A stretch of 64,000 bases of DNA from assembly GCF_006345805.1 (NCBI RefSeq), contig NC_043002.1, positions 105,028,001 through 105,092,000 on the forward strand, written 5' to 3'. A program made the translations under genes and the position numbers. Origin of the DNA: Octopus sinensis. Lineage: Eukaryota. The stretch's first letter is position 1. Each line of letters opens with the position of its first letter. The notes beneath the pieces are model-generated. The model ran no database searches. It was not told the DNA's origin and saw only the letters and a program-made list of their open reading frames with translations. Shown here piece by piece: positions 38,636 to 52,215 of the stretch.

Positions 38636-40551
38636 ATTTTGTCAAGTTGTTTTGTTGTGGATTAATGCTGTACTTAAGTTTGATTTTGAGAAATGGGGAA
38701 GTTGTCGAAGCTATCGATGATGAAGTTTTAGCTATTTGGTAAATGGAATTATTATTCAAGCTATTCGTTGTGAATGGCGTGTACACACTGACGCCAATTT
38801 CTAGGTGCAAACGGCTCAACACAGTGTGGAAATGGTAGACGTTTTTCATTCTATAAAGAGAGACAGACATACACACAGACAGACAGAGAGAGAGGCAGGC
38901 AATAATGTGAAGAAAAAAAGAGACACACAAACAAGCAAACAGAAACAAAGGAAGAAAGAAAGAAACATTTTGGGGTACTCATAGATTTTTTAACAAACCG
39001 GAACTGATTAAACCTATTGTACATCATGGCGGTTTTTCAATTCAAATTATGGGAACGAAGTTATTCTGTCCGCGTTGTAAAGATGCAGCAAATTCGCCAC
39101 AATTTTATGAAAATCTACTGTTATTTGAAAGAGACAATTTCTTTTCTATGGTGTAAGTTGTTTATATAGCAACTGCACATGTGTATATCAGCAGATCTCG
39201 TTGTCGGTCACCAGTAATACAATCTCCACACAAACACATTTAAACAGTGGGTAAAATGTCAAGTGCTAAATATTTGTCTTTGTTACTCTTAAGGAATTTC
39301 TTGTGGTAGGTAGGTTTGCTATTTAACTGTGCCATTCTCGTAGGCAGCCTTTCGTTCGTTTCTCCGTGAGCATACGATCTCTTACAAAGCATTTGTAAAC
39401 TTTGAACAGACACAGGTGTTCGGTTTTATTAGATGGCAACTCTCGCTTGTAAAAATTTGATATTGGGCCAGAAATTTGACGACAAAATTATTTGTTCGTA
39501 ACTCCATTATCGTGACTAAAATGGATAAATGGAAGGTAGAATGTTTCCGCATTGTGTTCCTCATGCAACAAACTCCTCTATAGGGATCCTATTTTATGAA
39601 AATGTGCGAAAATCCCTCTGGTGATCATAGCACCTATATTTCTATCACATTCCACTTTATCGGCTTTAAAACATTATTCCTTGTATCACGTAGTTTTAGA
39701 TAACTTGTCTAAATGGAAACGACACAATGATTGTTGTAATAAATAGGAGCGCAGATCTCCTCGATTCAGGACTGAGAAGGTGTCTAAGCAATATCCATTA
39801 CTGTAAGGAATGTTTCGTCAGATATAAAAAAAATAAATAAAATAGACTATTATGTAACCAGTCAAAAATCAAATGTAAAGCATAGACACATGTGCATATT
39901 CAAAAATGAATAGGCCAGTGCAAACGTACCTAGGATAGAAATCCAATAAATTTTAATTAATAAATATTCACCTACGGTCATGTAAAAGAAACACTAGCTT
40001 AATGATAAATCCTGGTCAATAATGGAGACAACAGAAAACTTAATTATTTAAAATTCAATAAAAATGGAATCTTTAGGAGTGTGAAACAAACCAAGAGTGT
40101 TGTAGCTGTTTCTATTTATCCTTTAGTTGAGGAAGGTAGTCAATGTACATGAGATCCTTTGCAGAGCCTCTGAGACCGGTGAGATGTTGGAACATGTCCT
40201 CACACAGGAGGCCTGGCCTGAATGCTTTCTTGGAAGCGAGTTCCACTACAGACAGCCCCGGTGCTAGGAAGTCACACTTTTGCAGGGCACAGTGTCAGTT
40301 TAGCTCGGCACACAATGACCCTGAATCAATCATACAGCAATTGAATTTCGTCCGATTTCCATTCGTTTCTCAGAAATAATTAATAAAATCTGAAGGCAAC
40401 CATAGTGGTATTTGGAATCAGAGCACTGAGAGTTAGAAGAAGTATTCCAATTCTTCCATTTCAAGGCCGTAATATGATTGCCAATTTGATAGCAATTTGA
40501 GAGTAAGGGCTTCAAATGTTGGCAGAAGGCCAGTAATTTCTTAGAAGAGGT

Positions 40552-40712
40552 AAGTCGATTACATTGATCCCCCCGCCCCACCCAGTACTCAATTGGTACT
40601 AATTATTTCGACCCCGAAGTGATGAAAGGTAAAGTCGACCTCGGTGTAATTTGAACTCAGAACGCTAAGTATTTTATCCAATGTGCTAAAGATTCTGCCA
40701 GCTCGCTGCCTT
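40552..40712 (-). mobile_element. tRNA-derived SINE with Nin-like domain, internally deleted
   Basis: Minus strand aggcagcgagctggcagaatc...ttctgagttcaaatt (B-box-like)...gtcgactttacctttcatc...ggggtcgaaataattagtacca. Confidence 0.7.
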
Positions 40713-42094
40713 CGGGCGTAATAATCGTAATATAATGTTATTGCATATTATATAGAACCGGAGACGACGATCAAAATAGCCTTTCCGAGGACATGGTTTA
40801 AGCATTATAATGGGGACTAGTGAGAGAAATATATATTCTGGTATTCTATCATTATATGTCTCAATATCTCAATCAATACAGTTCTGCATTTTGCTTGTTA
40901 GAATCAGAAATCGTTTAAATTCGAGTGGAAAAGAAAACAAACCGTCCCTTTTGGTGTCCAGCACGTTCGTACCACAACAATGAATCCCTCCATACACCTG
41001 AAAGAATTCACAATCATATCTTGCTCAAATCTCAGCCTTGCGCTCACTCCATCTTTGTTTTCTCTGAAAGGAAATAAGGTGGTCATGGATGGACTACTTT
41101 TTATCATTGATCTCCTCGATCAGTAACTAAACAACAACAATAACGAATCTGGTGTTTCTGTAATAAAGAAACTAATAAACCGTGAAATAAAGTGATGTGA
41201 AGAAATATTTTGGAGCTGAGTGTAGCTTCTGGCATTGTAGCAGCAGTAATATGGAAAAAGATTACTTACGCCAAAACAATCTCATCTTAATTTTCTTTAT
41301 TTTTTGCATAATGACAATAAATGATATTAGCTATTACAAATATTTGAAACGAAAATAGATAAATCGATAGATAAATACACAAATACTGTGAAATTAGAAG
41401 AAAAATCAGGAAAAAGTATTAAGTTTCTGTAATTCTAAACAGCACCAAGTAATACAAAATATTGGGCGAATGAATTGATTTGAATATTAACTTGATGAGC
41501 TGTAAACTACAATATTTCCCCGAGGGATTTTATTGGAGAATATTACAGAATATATATAGAAATTCGGTCTTATCGATGCAATATTGGTAGGGTTTGGTTT
41601 AAGATTAAAATTAGCATTTTGCAATTTAGGAATATTGATTAAATGATGAGCAGAAAACAAATTGGATGGTTCACCTCCCGGCTGTTAAGATGACGATATA
41701 GTGTTGTTTTCGGTGGGAAATTCCGTGTCCAATTTTGCGTGACCAAAATCTCACTGAATTAGAGATTCGGCGAAATTTTAATTCATTCAAGCATAAAGTG
41801 TATGTTAATGATGTGAAACGGAAAATATGCAAATGGTTGAATTAATGAATTTCTGCTTAAATCTGCAGTGCATTAGATTGCTGTCCAGTTAATATCATTT
41901 GAATTTCTAACAAGAACATCTATTGGTAATGTATTCGCAAAGCGGAAATAAAAGTAACGATTCTACATCTTCTGATCAGTAATAATTCAGTGATTTGCGT
42001 GACGTGCAACGCATAACAATAGCTCATGGAATATTTTGTTACAGGTTAGTCATTTATTCTTGTGTTTTTGTTTTTCTTTTAAGGTTTTGAATTT

Positions 42095-42315
42095 TCTTAG
42101 TGAAGCCGCGTTGGCGTTATTGTTAGGGTGTTACAAGATCGTGGTTTCGATTCCCGCACCGAGAAGTGTGTTCGGGAGAAAATCACTTCATTTTACTTTC
42201 TTCCAATTCCCTGGGCCGTAAATAACTAACCCTGAGACGGACTGGTGTCCCATTGAACGGGGACTGTTGTTATTCCTGTAACTTTTACACCGTGGAAACC
42301 GAGTAAGCGACCCTA
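42095..42315 (+). mobile_element. Decayed tRNA-derived SINE
   Basis: B-box-like GGTTTCGATTCCC; tail gacggactggtgtccc...gaaaccg resembles 52800-52860. Confidence 0.55.
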
Positions 42316-43787
42316 TTAATTTCAAGATTTGAGATAGGACTCCTTTTTTTGAATTTTCTAAATTCTGCAAGATAATGGTAATTGCAAAGATATCTGCGTT
42401 GATGAGAGGTTGATGAGAATGGAGTTAATGAATCAGTGTACGGATACTGAGCAAAACAGCCAATAGACGTTTACTAATTTCACATTCCCATTTATTCTCT
42501 TCTCCATGAAATCTTACAGTTCCAAATGTGCTTATGGCGATCCATCATATAACATTCTCTTCTTCACTCCTTAGGACTCAGGGTTCTATTTACAACCAGC
42601 ACAATCCGTCACCTCTCCTAAACCAAATCTGCTCTCTTGGCCTCAAGTGTTGTTCGCTAGCCTGTCATTGAGCGTTAGTTCAATCAAAAATATTTCATTA
42701 GTGATCGTTCTATGGTACATCAAGAATCCCTTGTTTTATCGTACAGTTATTCCGTTTAATGTTAGGATGTGATATGATGGGAAGATGGACTGTAATTTTA
42801 GCGATTCAAGCCAACATTTTAATTTTTAAAATACTCTGTAAGTGAAGAAGTTGTGTTTCCAAGAAGGCCCATTATCTAGATCAGTGTCTTTATATAAATT
42901 CAAGTTTTGCTAACTGGTTGTAATTAGCCAGTGAGTGGTTTTGCAGCTGGATTTTTCCCGGCAGAAACGTATTCAGTCGCTCTCTTGAATTGTCCATGAT
43001 TTATAACTTAACAACACAGCTTGTCATATCTTATTCAACATAAGTGTTGTAACTTTGTATTGGACTCCTTTAGGCAGCCTCGCCTCGGATTGCATTTCCG
43101 TGTTTATTCGTTAGGGACTACTTCCTAACTTAATTAACAGTTTAAGGTTTATATCTCAAATAAGATATCACAAGATAGCACAAAAATCCCGTTAGATAAG
43201 ACAATGTACCACAAACTGCCTCGAATTCAGTTGTAGTATTGCATATGTTCACAGAGGCACCAAAACGAAAAGACTATAAATAAGTAACATGAGTAAAGTG
43301 TTCGAGTGTTATCGATATTGATTACATATGTCTGCTTATGTAACCAATAAACTCCAACATTCTTTCAAAGGACACTGACTGTCTTTCGCACAGCATTATA
43401 AAACAATGAAATATATGTGAACAGCGTGTCTACTGATTATACAATGACTGTAATATCTTTTCACAACTGAAATCTACCATAAAATGCTTTCGAATAATAT
43501 GTCTACGTTTCAGTGACGCATCACAGCGATTTCGGCAATATACGAACTTCTGTCCTTCGGGTTGGTAGCATTAAACTCTTATTAGAACGTCTTCCAGCCA
43601 GCTTTTTACCATCGTGCCTGTAATTGCTGCATGCCCAGACCACTACAATTACCTTGGTGTTTTAGATCTTAACCTAAACGAAATATTCGTTTTGCTTTGC
43701 TTATTGAAATATATGAACGTGTTTCCATGACACAACGCAATACAGTATTGTAAATCAAAACTAATAAAGAAAACAGACACGCAAACA

Positions 43788-43856
<69 letters not shown>

Positions 43857-44268
43857 ACATTCACACGGACACTCACACACACACAAACATACACACATAA
43901 ATACAATCTACAGAAAACAGGTAAAGCGAAAGAAAAGAAACAATATCAAACGAGAAAATATATTAGTATAAATATAAATAAAAAACAGGAGTTACATATA
44001 GACGAAAATGCAACGAAAGAACAATAACAAGTATAAAAGAATAAAAAAGAAAAAAAAAGACTGATTACTTTAAAGAAAACTAATAAAATACAACATCAAA
44101 CTACTTTAAAATATGTTCCCCTTATCTAAGTTAACTTGACATTAACGTATGTCCATTTATCATTTTAAAACAAATGTCAGTCAGAAATTGCGTAAAAGGA
44201 TTTGTGCACACGAAAGTATATATACACCACAATATATACATACATATATATATATATTATATATATAT

Positions 44269-44315
<47 letters not shown>

Positions 44316-44424
44316 TATATATATGTATGTATGTATATATATATAGTGTCTATATAAGTATGTGTACACGAACGTATATACACGTAAAGTATGTAGATAG
44401 AAAATAGATTTAGCGGTTTTGTTA

Positions 44425-44466
44425 TTTGAGCCACGTTTCAAGTGAAACATCCTCTTCAGATTCAAA
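44425..44466 (-). ncRNA. Degenerate minimal type I hammerhead motif
   Basis: Minus strand TTTGAAT-CTGAAGA-GGATGTTTCACTT-GAAAC-GT-G-GCTCAAA: palindromic ACGT stem III, TTTGA/TCAAA stem I, but N17=G. Confidence 0.4.
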
Positions 44467-44799
44467 ATTTTAAATGAGTTCAGAAAATTAGGGACCTGGA
44501 GACATTATGGATTGCAAAGTGGCACAAATGTAATAAAATTACAGTACCCTCGATGATATTTTATTTCTGTGCTGATAAAGATATCATTAATTAAAATAGG
44601 TACCTATGGAAATATCCTTTATTTGAAATAATGTATATGTTAAGTGGTATTCAGTCCCTAATAACCGTTCTTAAAAGTCCATTTTAACTGATTATTGGCT
44701 TCTCGCTATAAGAAGAGATGTAACCCTGTATACGACTGCTTCTTTACTTTGTCGAGTAGGACATTTGAAGCTAAAGTTGATCTCGGTAGATTTTAGTCA

Positions 44800-45775
44800 T
44801 CAAATAATAAGAGCCTGGAAAATACCAGACACATGTTACCCGATGTTCTACAGAACTTTCCCATCGAGACATCATCAAGAACATTATCAATTGAAGAAAC
44901 TACATCGAGGACATTAAATTTAGGTGTTACCCACTATATTCCGCTCATAGCTCCAGTAATACGGACAAAATAATAATATCTGAGATAAGTATCGCAAGAT
45001 GAAATCTTCAAGCCGAGACAACCAGCATGACACCCAGCTGGAGACTGAGAATGTAATAATTGGGTAACGCACAAAGTCTCAGATGGCCACACTTAGGAAT
45101 CCATTAGGAAAATGTAATGATAGTTTCTTCTGACAAAAGCCTAAGGAGAAGATGAATGAGGACTCTACCCTACATCTTTCATAGAAATAGTGGGCACATC
45201 AGATTGACCAGAAATAAGATAGATAAAGCCAACTGATAGTATGACAACAAAAAACACTAGAGTGTTAGGTTAACTGATGCTAGCCCTGGCGGCGAACTAA
45301 CACGCCTTTTTTAGAAAAACATTAAGATTAAGTAAGTGGTAGAAAGGATTGGTGCCCTAAAAAATCCCTGATATGTAGAACGTATCCCTTTGACAAGTCC
45401 CCATCTACAAAGAACAATTACATTGCATGAAGGACGAACCCATGGGTTAACTGTAAGTTTAGGAATATAGTGTATAATTTACGATGTACTTAGGGACGGT
45501 GCAGAAACATAACAACTACTTATTAGGAGAGACTGGACGTAGCATAAGTGAGAGTATAGGTGAACACTGGTAAGAGCTCAAAGAAGAGAAAGGCTCATCA
45601 ATGCTATACCAACATGCTCAAGCTGAACATAGAGGCTCGATTAATAGTATAGAGGTTAGGATATTATCGATGCATGAAGCTGATCACCGAGGCTATACAA
45701 ATAGCAATAGACAGACCGTGCCTCAGTAGAAAACAGGAATGGAACAATAACACAGGAAAAACACCATAGAACATG
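44800..45775 (+). mobile_element. Decayed Penelope-like element 3' region (linker plus GIY-YIG endonuclease)
   Basis: SPGGELTR...VVERIG; NCKFRNIVYNLRC..C...Y.GETGRSISE.IGEH...L..H...H...V.IL...KLITEAIQI...RPCLSRKQEW, read through stops and frameshifts. Confidence 0.85.
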
Positions 45776-46333
45776 ACGACAAAAGACAGAAGGGAGAAGA
45801 GAGAGCAAAAAATAAAATACAATAAAAGAAAGATACAAACAGAGTAATACACACACAATAGACATATATACACATACTTTCGATAAATATAACAAATAGA
45901 GATAAGTATATTTAAAAAATGATTAAATATATTTATCACAAACCTGTGATAAATATAAGGAATAAAAATAAATGAAAAGTAAATAAATAAAATATCTGTA
46001 TAAATGGTAAGGATATAATCAACATAGGGAGCGAACCCATATACACACGATAACTTCACAGACAGCCGCAACAATATTGAGAACACGAATAACAACAACA
46101 TCAATAGCAGTGACAACGATGGTAATAACAATAACGACCACGATGGCAGCAGCGTGAGCGAACACGAACAAAGAGAGATACAAGAATTGTACCAAATTCC
46201 GTGTCCTTGGACAGCCGCAACGGCAATTGGGTAGAGCTGGGGTTGGAGGAAGGTCGTAGAGCTATTAAGAACAATGACACGCACACACACACACGCACAC
46301 ACACACAAAATACATGCACACACACACACACAC

Positions 46334-46373
<40 letters not shown>

Positions 46374-46419
46374 TGGACGCAAAACGATGCGAATATAAGG
46401 ATACACATCATAGAAGAAC

Positions 46420-46790
46420 AGAATGAAATAAGTGCAGCTGGAGCATAAACAAAAACGGAATGTTTTACTGAAGAGGTCGCAGATGTGTGACGAAAGGTTC
46501 CCGGACAATGAACATGAGTTAGAATAAGAACAGTAATAAACGAGTGAAGAAAGAATATATAGTACGTGTGTTTATTTGGCAAAAAAATATGACCGTCCCG
46601 AATTATGTGAAGAAACATCTACGAAAATGCCAGACCCAGGAATTCACAGTGCATATCAAGGCAACACAGCGGAACAGAGGCAACCGTAGAATCTCCGAGG
46701 CCATCTTCATGCACCAAAAAAAACCCTAATATGAAGAACAGAAGAGAATTACAGGAAGCTAGCTTGTTGCTATAGCAATAACTCTCCGCG
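46420..46790 (+). mobile_element. Second Penelope-like remnant: HHR motif (46468-46500) followed by GIY-YIG C-terminus
   Basis: CTGAAGA-G-GTCGCA/TGTGAC-GAAA; downstream VKKHLRKC..QEFTVHIKA...NRRISEAIFMHQK.PN..NR.E. Confidence 0.7.
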
Positions 46791-46997
46791 AATGTCCATT
46801 CAACACACGCACATCGGCAACATTCGTTTATTTTTTTTAAATGGGGTCATAACCCCCGAAGTCTACATTAATTCATATATTTGTTTTCTTGTGATCTAAA
46901 TTGCATTTAATTCGTAATCTTTTGGCCTTACCCACGATCCTTTATACAATATATTCTACATAATGATTCATATTATTATTCCATTATAATATATATA

Positions 46998-47507
46998 CAG
47001 GGTAACCCCCACCCCCCAAAAGATCAAAACCCACAAATCTTTGAATAAAGCTGTTTCAATAAAACGACTCAGAGTGATAGATTGAAGGGAACAGTGTTTC
47101 CAGCAAGATGGGGACACCTCCACGCAGCAAATGAATCCCTAACCAGGCTGGAAGAGCGACATCAGGAGAGACTGATCAGCAGGAAGTGTGGCGTTAAGTG
47201 GGCACTGCATTCACCGGACTTGTATCTCCCAGATTTTTATTTGTGGGGATATCTCAAGGATAGTATTTACCAGAACAACACTCAAACGATTGGTGACCAG
47301 AAGGTAGCAATCACAACAGAAATCAGGGAAATTCCCAAAGAGAAATGTGTTCGAGTAACTGACAATTTTGCGCAACGTATGCCATTAGGAGCATATTTTG
47401 GAAATAACATAACTTTTATGCAAATGCGATTTAAAATAAATTTGGTGGACCTTTGTAGGACTTAATACAATTTTAATGGGTTCTGTTTTATCTTTTGGAT
47501 CACCCTG
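46998..47507 (+). mobile_element. Internally deleted Tc1/mariner-superfamily element, rosa-type (about DD41D)
   Basis: TIRs CAGGGT...CCAAAAGAT at both ends, TA on both flanks (46996-97, 47508-09). FQQDG(AT)PH...RLISR...W.LHSPDL..PDFYLWGYLKD; 41 residues between the Asps after repairing one frameshift. Confidence 0.88.
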
Positions 47508-48228
47508 TACAACAAAACTTGATATTGTTATTCCCCTTTAGGACAAATATTAATCACATCTTGGCTCTTTGAAAAATTCTTATAAGCTTTTTATATTTTC
47601 TTCTTTGTCTTGTATGATTGCTGATAACTGAAATGTCGAAGAATTTATTTTTTACGCAGAGATTAACACATTGCTTTGAGACTTAATATTAAGAAGGCCA
47701 TTACTTCGGTTGAGATTTTTTGCCGACTCAAACACTCTACAAGATTCTCCTATATTCAGGATTGCATATTTTCAGTATTCCTCTGCACAATATTCAAACA
47801 CATATTTAGTGGCTTTCTTATTTATTAACTCGGCGAATACAGGAATGTTTATACTTCACGGAAGACGTGTGCGAGTTTGTCTTCCGTACATGCTGTAAGA
47901 ATTAAAATTATATGAGTTTGTGACTAATAGTCTCTCCACGGACTTTTTAATATTGACCCTAATAAATATTTTAGTCTCAAATTTGAAACCTGAAAAATTT
48001 GTTTGTGTAATTTCTTTAATTTAAGCCATTTTCCAGCTTCTTACTTAAAATATTTTATACGCAGTGACTCTCTTATACCGAAAAAGAGTCTATGAGGCGC
48101 TGAGGAGGCTAGATAAAACCAAAACACTTTAGAAAGTTCCCAACTCGTCTCTTGTTTGTTTAAATATTATTACTCATTGTCATTGACTAATATTGTCTTT
48201 TCGTGAACGTATAATGGTTTAAAGGCTA

Positions 48229-48264
<36 letters not shown>

Positions 48265-49136
48265 CAAAATTATCTTGACGTTATTAAATGCATCTTGAAA
48301 TAGGTTCCGAATTGCACCCAAGTTTAACACCTACCTTGGGAAGTGCGAATGGCAATGGAAGTATAACCGATAACTTGGCTTAAATATTTCAATTATTATA
48401 TAAGATTGGCGGACGTGTTGAGATAGAGTAAAAGAATGAGGGTCACATCACATCGAATATCAGATTTCTTTTGCCCTTCTTAAACATAGATTAATGCCCG
48501 TCAACGGTCGGTGTATTATTGTGCACAAGTCAAAAATTTCAAGAGTTCTCATTGATTGGTTAATATCTGCAATAATCACAAGGAAAGAAATAATAAATGT
48601 CATTTCTTTCCTCACCTTGATTATATTTTTTCGCTGGTTTGCTGAAAGATAAGGGAGGAAAAACTTCCACTGGAGTTCACAGAACAGAAGAACAAAAAAA
48701 TAAACTCAAGAAAATTAAGGAAATAAAGTAAACAAGAACGAAGAAAAAATCAAATTGAACGATTAAGCTTCTATTTTTTTTTTTTCATTTTCCATTTGTT
48801 CCGAACTCCAGTTTTTGTTGTTTTTCCTATTTATCTCCTTCTCCCACTTTCCTCCCATCTGCATCAATACACACCTTTATACACACATAAATACATACTT
48901 CTGTGTGAGTGGGTGAATGGATATGCGTTTGTCATTCCTTCCCACTGTCTACACAATTGTCGTTTCTTACACTCACTTTAGGTATAAACATATAAATATA
49001 CATTCCAATATATATATATATGTATGTGTGTGTGTTAGGAATATCTATACATACCTACATACATACATGCACGCATGCATACATAAATAGATAGATAGAT
49101 AGATACATACATACATACATATATATACATATATAC

Positions 49137-49180
<44 letters not shown>

Positions 49181-49349
49181 ATGCATGTATGTATGTATAT
49201 AAACATATACATATATATATATATATATAATATATATATATATAATATATATATATATGATATTCCTAACACCCACATTCATGTAACTCTGCAGATAAAT
49301 ACACATATTGAGAGATATATAAATAGAGAGATATATGTATGTATATATC

Positions 49350-49401
<52 letters not shown>

Positions 49402-49619
49402 TATCACATATACACCTATCTCTTTCGGTCAATGCATCTGTTTTACACAGATGAATAAATGTATATCGAAAATCTGCCAAATTTGCACCGCAGAAAACAA
49501 AAAGAAATAAATAAAACAGGCACATATTAAATCACTTCTACTTTACAATTTCCCAAAATAGAAATGCAATGTTAATAATAATAATAATCATTATTATTAT
49601 TATTATATTATTATTATTT

Positions 49620-49783
49620 TAAAAGAAGAAGAAGTGTGGAGGAGGAGGAGGAAAAAGGAAAAGAAGAGGAAAAAGGAGGAAGAAGATTAGGGAGGTGGAG
49701 GAGGAGCAGCGGGAGGAGGCAGGGGTAGGAGTAAGCATTAGCAGGAGGAAGCAGAGCAGGAGGAAGAGGAACAAGCAGAAGAA

Positions 49784-49815
<32 letters not shown>

Positions 49816-50000
49816 AGAAGAAGAGAAGAAGAAGAAGAAGGAGAAGAAGAAGAGAAAGAAGAAGACGAAGAAGAAGGATAAGAAGAAGAAGGAGAAGTGG
49901 GAAAATAAGTTCAACAACAAAAACAACAGTGGTTATAATACTGCTGCTGCCGCTGGTGGTGGTGAAGATGACGATGACGATGATGATGATGATGACGATG
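49620..50000 (+). repeat. (GAA)n/(GGA)n/(GAT)n purine-rich compound microsatellite
   Basis: Direct reading. Confidence 0.93.
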
Positions 50001-50171
50001 TTTTTCCGATGTTGTGGAAGGTGATAATGCTGATAATAATTATTAAAAAAATAAATTACAAAAGAGCAAAAAAACGTAAGTTGTTACAACAAATACACTA
50101 CAAGAAAAACAGCAAAAATAAAAATAAACTGCATACCTGAATGGGGAAACTGTTAAAGGTATAAAGGAGAA

Positions 50172-50186
50172 ATAATAATAATAATA

Positions 50187-50256
<70 letters not shown>

Positions 50257-50258
50257 GC

Positions 50259-50343
<85 letters not shown>

Positions 50344-50345
50344 GC

Positions 50346-50386
<41 letters not shown>

Positions 50387-50469
50387 TATTAATAACAATA
50401 ATAATAATAATAATAATAATAACAATAATAGTAAATATATCACAATAGTAAGAAGAAATAGTAATAACA

Positions 50470-50529
<60 letters not shown>

Positions 50530-50531
50530 GC

Positions 50532-50569
<38 letters not shown>

Positions 50570-50643
50570 TATTAATAACAATAATAATAATAATAACAAT
50601 AATAGTAAATATATCACAATAGTAAGAAGAAATAGTAATAACA

Positions 50644-50712
<69 letters not shown>
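50172..50712 (+). repeat. (AAT)n array with higher-order internal duplications
   Basis: Variant blocks aaatgcaat (3 times), aacaatattaat (2 times) and agtaaatatatcacaatagtaagaagaaatagt (2 times). Confidence 0.95.
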
Positions 50713-51124
50713 GATTGTGGCGATAATTACACACGGTTAGGACAGTACTGATAGAGCTGGTATAAAATGATATGGTGAAAAATCTCTTATCACCTAACAT
50801 GATATTGTGAAGACCAGCGAATAAAATCAGTGAAAAAGGAAAAAAGAAAATGTAAAAAAGAAAGATAAATCCAGGCAAAGTGTGGAAGTGTAGCAAAAGC
50901 AATAACGTTTAGCAGAAACCAAGAACCAAGAATAAGCAGTTGTCTTGGTTCCGTCTCATTGTCAAGTAGAGTTATCAATCACAAGAACCAGATGGATGGC
51001 GGTGTCGTGAACGTAGTTGCTTTAACGTTGTTCTTAATTTATTTATTATATTTCATTGTATTACGTAAATGATAGTACCATATTAAATTATATAATAGTG
51101 TCGGTGAGATTATACATACATATT

Positions 51125-51154
<30 letters not shown>

Positions 51155-51155
<1 letters not shown>

Positions 51156-51430
51156 CTTTATATATAAAAGTGAGGTTGTGTGCTGTCTTTCTCCTACTGC
51201 TAGTATATACTAGCAGTATCGCCCGGCGTTGCTCAGATTTGTAAGGGAAATAACTATATAAGCATTTTTAGAGATGTAAAGTATAATAGCCATCTCAATA
51301 TGGCTAACCACAAAGGAGGGGTTTTACTGCAGCTTTTTACGTTCTGAGATTTAATAATAAATCTTTAGAGAGTTACATCCCTTATATATGCCAAAATGCA
51401 TTAAAATGGGGAAAATTGATGGTAAATATA
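51155..51430. mobile_element. Helitron-like ends in tail-to-tail arrangement
   Basis: TC-TTTATATATAAAAGTGAGG (5' end) joined to ACTGCTAG|T at 51155-51204; an inverted 3' end ACTAGCAGTATCGCCCGGCGTTGCTCAG from 51209 matches 13795-13826. Confidence 0.6.
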
Positions 51431-51511
51431 TACATATATATACACATATATATATAGAGAGAGAGAGATGGTTAAGAAACTCATATGCGTATCTTTCCTC
51501 TTTCTCTCCTC

Positions 51512-51548
<37 letters not shown>

Positions 51549-51712
51549 GCTCTCTCTGCTAAATGTCATTGATTTCGTTTCACATTTAGCTTGGATTTAT
51601 ATTTCTATTAACCCATATCTATATTGACATTTTTCTATATATATCCATACATATTTGTGTAACTCAAAGATACGCGTGTATGTTTTCGCGTGCGCGCGTG
51701 TGCGTACATGGA

Positions 51713-52215
51713 CGAAGTGCGTTCCGAAAGTATCCAACTTTATATTTTCCCTCCAAATCTAATGCAACCGGGCGAAAATATTTGGGTGAGATATGAAGTC
51801 ACCCTTCTTGCGCACAGAATGAGACTTTCTCGCCAGTAGGCGGCGTCAGATCCCAGCAGATGTGCCTAGAATACAGATTTGTAGTGCGCACTGATCTGAT
51901 TTTCGCTTTCTCCGAACGCATCAAGCAAAGACATTCCATCAAGCTTCGACAAAAGATTACTTCTAGTCGAGTCATTCAAGAAATACATTTGACCGTTCGC
52001 GATGACGTTGTGGGGGAAAAACTCAGGTTAAGGAGTGGCACAAAATGGCCGCATCTCAGTGGAAAACGAGACACAGTGAGGTGTGCCGTTCACAAGCCCA
52101 AACCTGGATGTGATTCATAGTGTTCGGCGAATATTCATGGCAAACAGTCGTTCAACAATCCAGGAAGTTGCTCATAAGGTTGGTATAAGCACAGGGTCAA
52201 TCAGTGCAAATATAT
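51713..52215 (+). mobile_element. 5' fragment of a mariner-like element (TIR plus N-terminal HTH), decayed
   Basis: TIR-like CGAAGTGCGTTCCGAAAGTATCCAAC; SERIKQRHSIKL.QK...DDVVG..TQVKEWHK...RISVENE...NSRSTIQEVAHKVGISTGS. Confidence 0.85.
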
